Shown here in pieces: positions 40,667-45,439 of a stretch of 45,439 nt of DNA. Source of the DNA: Candidatus Pacearchaeota archaeon CG1_02_32_21 (GTDB lineage: Archaea; Nanobdellota; Nanobdellia; Pacearchaeales; GW2011-AR1); contig MNVX01000021.1 in NCBI GenBank assembly GCA_001872185.1, forward strand, positions 1-45,439, given 5' to 3'. The position numbers were made by a program, and so were the translations under genes. The notes beneath the pieces are model-generated. The model had not been told where the DNA came from and searched no databases. It was given only the letters and a program-made list of their open reading frames with translations. Each line of letters starts with the position of its first letter. Position 1 is the stretch's first letter.

Positions 40667-40813
40667 ATGGCAAAATTTAGGTGTAAAAGATGCAATTACT
40701 CTTTTTCAATGGAGTCAAGAACAACCCCAAAAGTTTGTCCAAATTGTGGAAATACAAACTGCATTGGAAGGGAAAAAAGTGCTTCAGAATTACTTGATGA
40801 AACAGAAGAATAG
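40667..40813 (+). CDS. Small zinc-ribbon protein
   Basis: Manual translation MAKFRCKRCNYSFSMESRTTPKVCPNCGNTNCIGREKSASELLDETEE. TTTTAATA lies 21 nt upstream. It is below the track size cut-off. Confidence 0.5.
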   Translation: MAKFRCKRCNYSFSMESRTTPKVCPNCGNTNCIGREKSASELLDETEE

Positions 40814-40819
40814 AATAGT

Positions 40820-43714
40820 ATGGAAAATAACAAGGAAATAGTTGAAATAAGAAAAGAAAAAATAGTAGATTTTTCTAGGAAAAATAAGTTCTTATCTATC
40901 CTAATAATTCTTACAGTTATATCATTTATATTTAGTTTCTTGGCAAAATTCTCTATAAATATTCCTCTGTTATCAAGTTATTACTCTATTCTTGGAGGCC
41001 TAAATTGGTTTTTACTTGGAACTGCTTTAGTTATTTCTTCACTATTAGTTTATTATTACAAAGGAAAATTTTTTGCCTATCCATTATTAGTATGGGTTGT
41101 CTGGATTTCTGTGTATATACGCTCTCTCAATATAACAAGATTAAAAGACATAACAACAAACACCTGGACATTGGGTCCAGATTTAGACCCTTTCTTATTT
41201 TTAAGATGGGCCAAGTATATTGTGAAAAATGGCATGTTAATGAGTGTTGATATGATGAGGTATGTTCCTTTAGGATATAATACTGCAAGGGAGCTAAAAA
41301 TGGTTCCTTATTTAATAGCTTTATTCCACGAAATTCTTTCTAAACTACCTGGTTCAATAATAAAATTTCTTCCTGGAAGCCCTAGTGAAATAAGCATAAC
41401 ATATTCTGCAATACTAATGCCAGTGTTCATGTTTGCACTTACTGTTATAGCTTTTTTCTTCTTAACAAAAGAAATATTTATTGATCAATTTAAAAATAAA
41501 AAATATCCCTATTTAATTGCACTTGTTGCTTCATTTTTTCTTAGTGTCCTTCCCCCATTATTACCAAGAACAATTGCAGGTATTCCTGAAAAAGAGTCTG
41601 TGGCTTTCTTTTTTATGTTTTTATCATTCTATGCATTTTTAAAAGCCTGGAAAAGTAAAAAAATAATTCACAGAGTAGCTCTTTCTATATTAGCTGGATT
41701 GTCTACTGGTTGCATGGCCATAACTTGGGGCGGATATAATTATATATTTTTAATACTGTTAATCTCTGTAGCCATAGCCTTTTTATTAGGCCAAGTAAAA
41801 AGAGAACATATCCTAACTTATGGTCTTTGGCTATTATTTTCATTTACTTTAATGGTCCCTTTTTCTTCGAGATATCAGTCACTTGGGCTTTTAATTGCTA
41901 TAACAACAGGATCTGCTGTTGCTTTGGGCTTAACAATGACAATACATGAACTGATTTTCAGGACAAAATTAAAAGAGCTTTATGAAAAAAGGTTCAGTAA
42001 GATACCTAAAGAATTATTTACACTAGTTATTGTTATTTTGCTGGGAATAACAGCTTCTTTAGTTATTTATGGTCCTTCCTGGATAGTTGGAGAGATTAAT
42101 AATGTTATATCTAACTTAGTAAAACCAGCAGTCTCCAGACTAATACAAACAGTTGCTGAAAACAGGCAGCCTTTTTTCAGTGAATGGGCTTATGAATTTG
42201 GCCCGGTAATATTTAAGATACCTATATTCTTCTGGCTTTTTTTTATTGGCTCAATATACTTGTTTTATACTACTTTAAGCAAATTTGACAAAAAAGACAG
42301 GATTATTTTAACATCATCTTATACAATATTTTTAATAGCAATAATATTCAGCAGGTATAATGGCAATAGTGTGCTAAATGGAACAAATTCTACTAGTTTA
42401 CTTTTATATACCTTAGGATTTGTTGTTTTACTCGCAAGTGTCGCTTATTATTATTTTAAATACTACAATAATAGTGATAAAAAATCTATAATAAAAGAAA
42501 TAAATTTCAGCATGATATTTGTTTTAGCTTTTTTCTTTTTTGCTATAATTTCTGCAAGGGGAGCTGTTAGGCTTATTATGGTATTGGTTCCGATTACTTC
42601 AATTATAGTTGCTTTTTTTATTGCATCAATGGTTGAAAAAGCAGGAAAAGAAAATAAGGGTAAAAATTACTTAATAGCATCAGTATTTTTAGTATTAATA
42701 TTATCTTTTGCAGGATTGCAATTTTATCAAGCTAGCGCCTCTCAGGCTTCAATTTATGCTCCTTCATATTACAACTATCAGTGGGAGAGAGCTATGTCTT
42801 GGGTGAGAGAAAGTACTCCGGAAAATGCTGTGTTTGGACATTGGTGGGATTATGGATATTGGTTGCAAAGCATAGGAGAGAGAGCAACTATTTTGGACGG
42901 AGGAAATGCAATATCTTACTGGAATCATCTTATGGGAAGATATGTACTAACAAGTTCTAGTGATGATGACGCTTTAGAATTTTTGTATTCTCATAATGCG
43001 ACACATTACCTAATAGATTCTACTGAAATTGGGAAATATGGCGCTTATAGTTTAATAGGATCAAATCCTAGCTTGGACAGGCAAAGTTTTATTCCTACAA
43101 TAGTACTGGATCAAAAACAGTCAAGAGAAACAAAAGACGGGATGATGTATGTATATTCTACAGGCGTATCTCTTGATGAAGATATCTTATTAGAAGGAAA
43201 TAACACACAGATAATTACAAAAGAAAACTCTGGCATTGTAGCTTTTACAGTTGAAGAATCAAATGGAAATTTAATGCAACCTAAGGCAGTAATAATCAGC
43301 CAGGGCAAACAAATAAGCTTGGGATTAAGGTATGTTTATTATAATGGAGAATTGAAAGATTTTGGGAATGGCATTGATGCTGGCTTATTTTTAATGGATG
43401 CTTATAATCAAAATAACAATCAATTGTCAATGGTAAAAAGAGGTGCTGGGTTTTACTTAAGCCCTAGAACTGTCCATTCTTTTTTGGCGAGGAAATATTT
43501 ATTCGGTGAAGAGGGTAATTTTAAATTAGCCCATTCTGAACCATCTGAAGTTGTTAGTTTATTAAGATCTCAAGAAATAAATGTAAGTGATTATATATAC
43601 TTTCAAAGCAACTTTTTTGGTCCGATAAAAATTTGGGAGATAAATTATCCAAGCAACATAAAGGTTAATGAAGACTATCTTAAAACAAGTTATCCTAATG
43701 AAATAAAATTTTAA
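40820..43714 (+). CDS. aglB: Oligosaccharyltransferase AglB (STT3 family)
   Basis: 964 aa, with a multi-pass N-terminal half and the hallmark WWDYGYW motif. Confidence 0.9.
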   Translation: MENNKEIVEIRKEKIVDFSRKNKFLSILIILTVISFIFSFLAKFSINIPLLSSYYSILGGLNWFLLGTALVISSLLVYYYKGKFFAYPLLVWVVWISVYIRSLNITRLKDITTNTWTLGPDLDPFLFLRWAKYIVKNGMLMSVDMMRYVPLGYNTARELKMVPYLIALFHEILSKLPGSIIKFLPGSPSEISITYSAILMPVFMFALTVIAFFFLTKEIFIDQFKNKKYPYLIALVASFFLSVLPPLLPRTIAGIPEKESVAFFFMFLSFYAFLKAWKSKKIIHRVALSILAGLSTGCMAITWGGYNYIFLILLISVAIAFLLGQVKREHILTYGLWLLFSFTLMVPFSSRYQSLGLLIAITTGSAVALGLTMTIHELIFRTKLKELYEKRFSKIPKELFTLVIVILLGITASLVIYGPSWIVGEINNVISNLVKPAVSRLIQTVAENRQPFFSEWAYEFGPVIFKIPIFFWLFFIGSIYLFYTTLSKFDKKDRIILTSSYTIFLIAIIFSRYNGNSVLNGTNSTSLLLYTLGFVVLLASVAYYYFKYYNNSDKKSIIKEINFSMIFVLAFFFFAIISARGAVRLIMVLVPITSIIVAFFIASMVEKAGKENKGKNYLIASVFLVLILSFAGLQFYQASASQASIYAPSYYNYQWERAMSWVRESTPENAVFGHWWDYGYWLQSIGERATILDGGNAISYWNHLMGRYVLTSSSDDDALEFLYSHNATHYLIDSTEIGKYGAYSLIGSNPSLDRQSFIPTIVLDQKQSRETKDGMMYVYSTGVSLDEDILLEGNNTQIITKENSGIVAFTVEESNGNLMQPKAVIISQGKQISLGLRYVYYNGELKDFGNGIDAGLFLMDAYNQNNNQLSMVKRGAGFYLSPRTVHSFLARKYLFGEEGNFKLAHSEPSEVVSLLRSQEINVSDYIYFQSNFFGPIKIWEINYPSNIKVNEDYLKTSYPNEIKF

Positions 43715-43715
43715 A

Positions 43716-44732
43716 ATGGCTATAGACTTAAGACTTGCACTTCCGCTTACACTGAGTTTTATTATAGTTATATTAGTAATACCTATATGGATCAAAAAGG
43801 CAAAATGCATTGGACTAATATGGGAGGATATGAACAAATTTCAAAAAACTTATGTTGCAGGCTCTGGAGGATTGATTGTTTTACTTGGTTTTGTTATAGG
43901 ATTATTAAGCTATGTTGCTTACAGAGTGTTTATATTAAATGAGGGTAATCACTTTCTTGTTGAGATCTTTGCGTTACTTGCAGTTATTTTAATCTTAGGA
44001 GGTATTGGATTAATAGATGACCTGCTTGGATGGAGACGCGGTGGATTAAAAAGGGTAACCAGAATACTACTTGTGGCATTTGCATCTATACCTTTAGTTG
44101 CAATAAATGCTGGCAGATCAGTTATAGCCTTACCTATTTTTGGAAATGTGGACCTTGGCATATTATACCCTGTTTTAATAATTCCAATTGGAATAGTCGG
44201 AGCAGTTACAACATTTAATTTTTTAGCTGGTTTTAATGGTCAAGAGGCAGGGCAAGGCATTATAATTCTTACTGCACTTTCAATAGTTGCTTATTTAACT
44301 GGAAGCCCTTGGCTAACGGTAATAGCTTTATGCATGGTGGCTGCATTATGTGCATTTTTATTTTTTAATTACTCTCCAGCAAAAATATTTCCTGGTGATT
44401 CCTTAACATATTCCGTCGGAGGATTAATAGCAATAATGGCAATAATTGGGAACTTTGAAAGAATTGCTGTTTTTTTCTTTATTCCATATATTATAGAAAC
44501 AGCATTAAAGTCAAGGGGAAAGCTAATAAAACAAAGCTTTGGAAAACCTAATAGTGAAGGAAACTTAGATTTGAAGTACAACAAAATTTACAGTTTAAAC
44601 CATGTAGCAATATTTCTGCTAAATAAAACAAAAATGAAAGCAAATGAAGAAAAAGTTACATTGTCGATATGGTTATTTCAAATATTAGTGATAATACTCG
44701 GTTTTATAATTTTTAACAGGAGTTTATTTTAG
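43716..44732 (+). CDS. Dolichyl-phosphate GlcNAc-1-phosphate transferase (MraY/WecA/GPT family, AglH-like)
   Basis: ..GLIDDLLGW.. and ..NFLAGFNGQEAG.. motifs; multi-pass. Confidence 0.8.
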   Translation: MAIDLRLALPLTLSFIIVILVIPIWIKKAKCIGLIWEDMNKFQKTYVAGSGGLIVLLGFVIGLLSYVAYRVFILNEGNHFLVEIFALLAVILILGGIGLIDDLLGWRRGGLKRVTRILLVAFASIPLVAINAGRSVIALPIFGNVDLGILYPVLIIPIGIVGAVTTFNFLAGFNGQEAGQGIIILTALSIVAYLTGSPWLTVIALCMVAALCAFLFFNYSPAKIFPGDSLTYSVGGLIAIMAIIGNFERIAVFFFIPYIIETALKSRGKLIKQSFGKPNSEGNLDLKYNKIYSLNHVAIFLLNKTKMKANEEKVTLSIWLFQILVIILGFIIFNRSLF

Positions 44733-44734
44733 TT

Positions 44735-45439
44735 ATGAAAAACAAGTTTTTCAATACTATCTTTGGAGGAAGCCTGCTTTTATTAATAACAATTAATATT
44801 TTTTTTGTTTTAAATTATTTTTTTCATTTTGCCATGGCAAGAATGCTTCCTATCGAGCAGTATGGAATTCTCGTTACTCTTTACTCAATAATCTACATAA
44901 CGGCAGTTTTTTCAGAATCTATTCAGTTGGTAATATCTAAGTATACTACAGAAAAAAATGATGGTGAAGTTAAAAACTTAATTAAAAAGTCCTCTATAAG
45001 ATCATTCAAAATATCTTTCTATTTATTTTTAGTTTATTTGGTTATAGCATACCCACTTTCAATAATTATTAAGATAGATTATCCATTAGTCGCCCTTACA
45101 GGTACTATAATTTTCAGCTCTTTTTTGCTACCTATAACTAGGGGGGTTTTACAGGGTAATAAAAGATTTGGAACTCTTGGGTTTAACATGATTAGCGAAG
45201 CTGTTGTTAAATTATCTTCTGCTATATTTTTAGTTATGGTCGGATGGATGATTTATGGGGCCATAGTTGCAACATTGTTAGGAACTTATTTCTCTTTATT
45301 GATATCTTTTGTAAGCTTAAAAGATATCTTCAAGGGTGAAGAAATAAAATCAAAAAATCCCGGAATATATGCGTACAGTGCTCCTGTTTTTGTGGCAATA
45401 ATCGCAGTAATTGTTTTTTATAGTATTGATGTAATAATA
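44735..45439 (+). CDS. Polysaccharide/oligosaccharide flippase (MOP/Wzx-like), 3' end outside the window
   Basis: Open frame from ATG 44735 to the window end (235 codons). Hydrophobic multi-pass protein located next to aglB. Confidence 0.6.
   Translation, partial: MKNKFFNTIFGGSLLLLITINIFFVLNYFFHFAMARMLPIEQYGILVTLYSIIYITAVFSESIQLVISKYTTEKNDGEVKNLIKKSSIRSFKISFYLFLVYLVIAYPLSIIIKIDYPLVALTGTIIFSSFLLPITRGVLQGNKRFGTLGFNMISEAVVKLSSAIFLVMVGWMIYGAIVATLLGTYFSLLISFVSLKDIFKGEEIKSKNPGIYAYSAPVFVAIIAVIVFYSIDVII

Noticed and set aside
41005-41250. 81-aa plus-strand ORF and other small ORFs inside aglB and the GPT gene (43111-43308, 43562-43837, 43949-44161, 44030-44218, 44369-44584)
   Set aside because: These are alternative-frame or antisense ORFs within long, motif-supported membrane-protein genes.
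1-45439. Search for CRISPR arrays, rRNA genes and other large structured RNAs
   Set aside because: No array of three or more regularly spaced repeats was seen; all repeats found have only 2-3 copies. The only GC-rich structured segments are the two tRNAs.

Overview
AT-rich (roughly 30% GC by eye) archaeal chromosome segment. Its gene content (eS4, eL32, eL19, eL43, eL40, aIF5A, aIF1/SUI1, Spt5, RpoP, prefoldin, AglB) and compact layout suggest a small-genome, DPANN-like archaeon; that assignment is inference. The core is the ribosomal-protein super-operon L3 to L15, then SecY and a DUF106/YidC-like gene (25275-39218). Also present are an ftsZ-secE-(pdaD)-spt5-L11 cluster, an L1-L10-P1 operon, an L37ae-rpoP-prefoldin beta-sepF cluster, aIF5A-L40e-S2P protease, two tRNAs (Pro-UGG, Ser-UGA) and an N-glycosylation cluster (AglB, GlcNAc-1-P transferase, flippase). 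There are two accessory regions. (1) Positions 1 to about 5855 hold the right part of an integrated plasmid/virus-like element: a primase-like replication protein with a CHC2 zinc finger, a string of tiny zinc-finger genes and a tyrosine integrase. (2) Positions 21476-25185 hold a 3.7-kb IS-like transposon with 21-bp terminal inverted repeats and a 9-bp target duplication. It carries a SWIM/zinc-ribbon/DDE transposase plus a zinc-ribbon-rich restriction-modification-like cargo, and it sits 4 bp upstream of the L3 operon TATA box. Other points worth a second look: three acidic non-ribosomal ORFs translationally coupled inside the r-protein operon; a fixed TATA-N21-ATG leaderless promoter geometry, including two single palindromic TATA boxes shared by divergent genes; tRNA promoters positioned for near-leaderless transcription; and several short repeat/hairpin structures. 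No rRNA or CRISPR array was seen.
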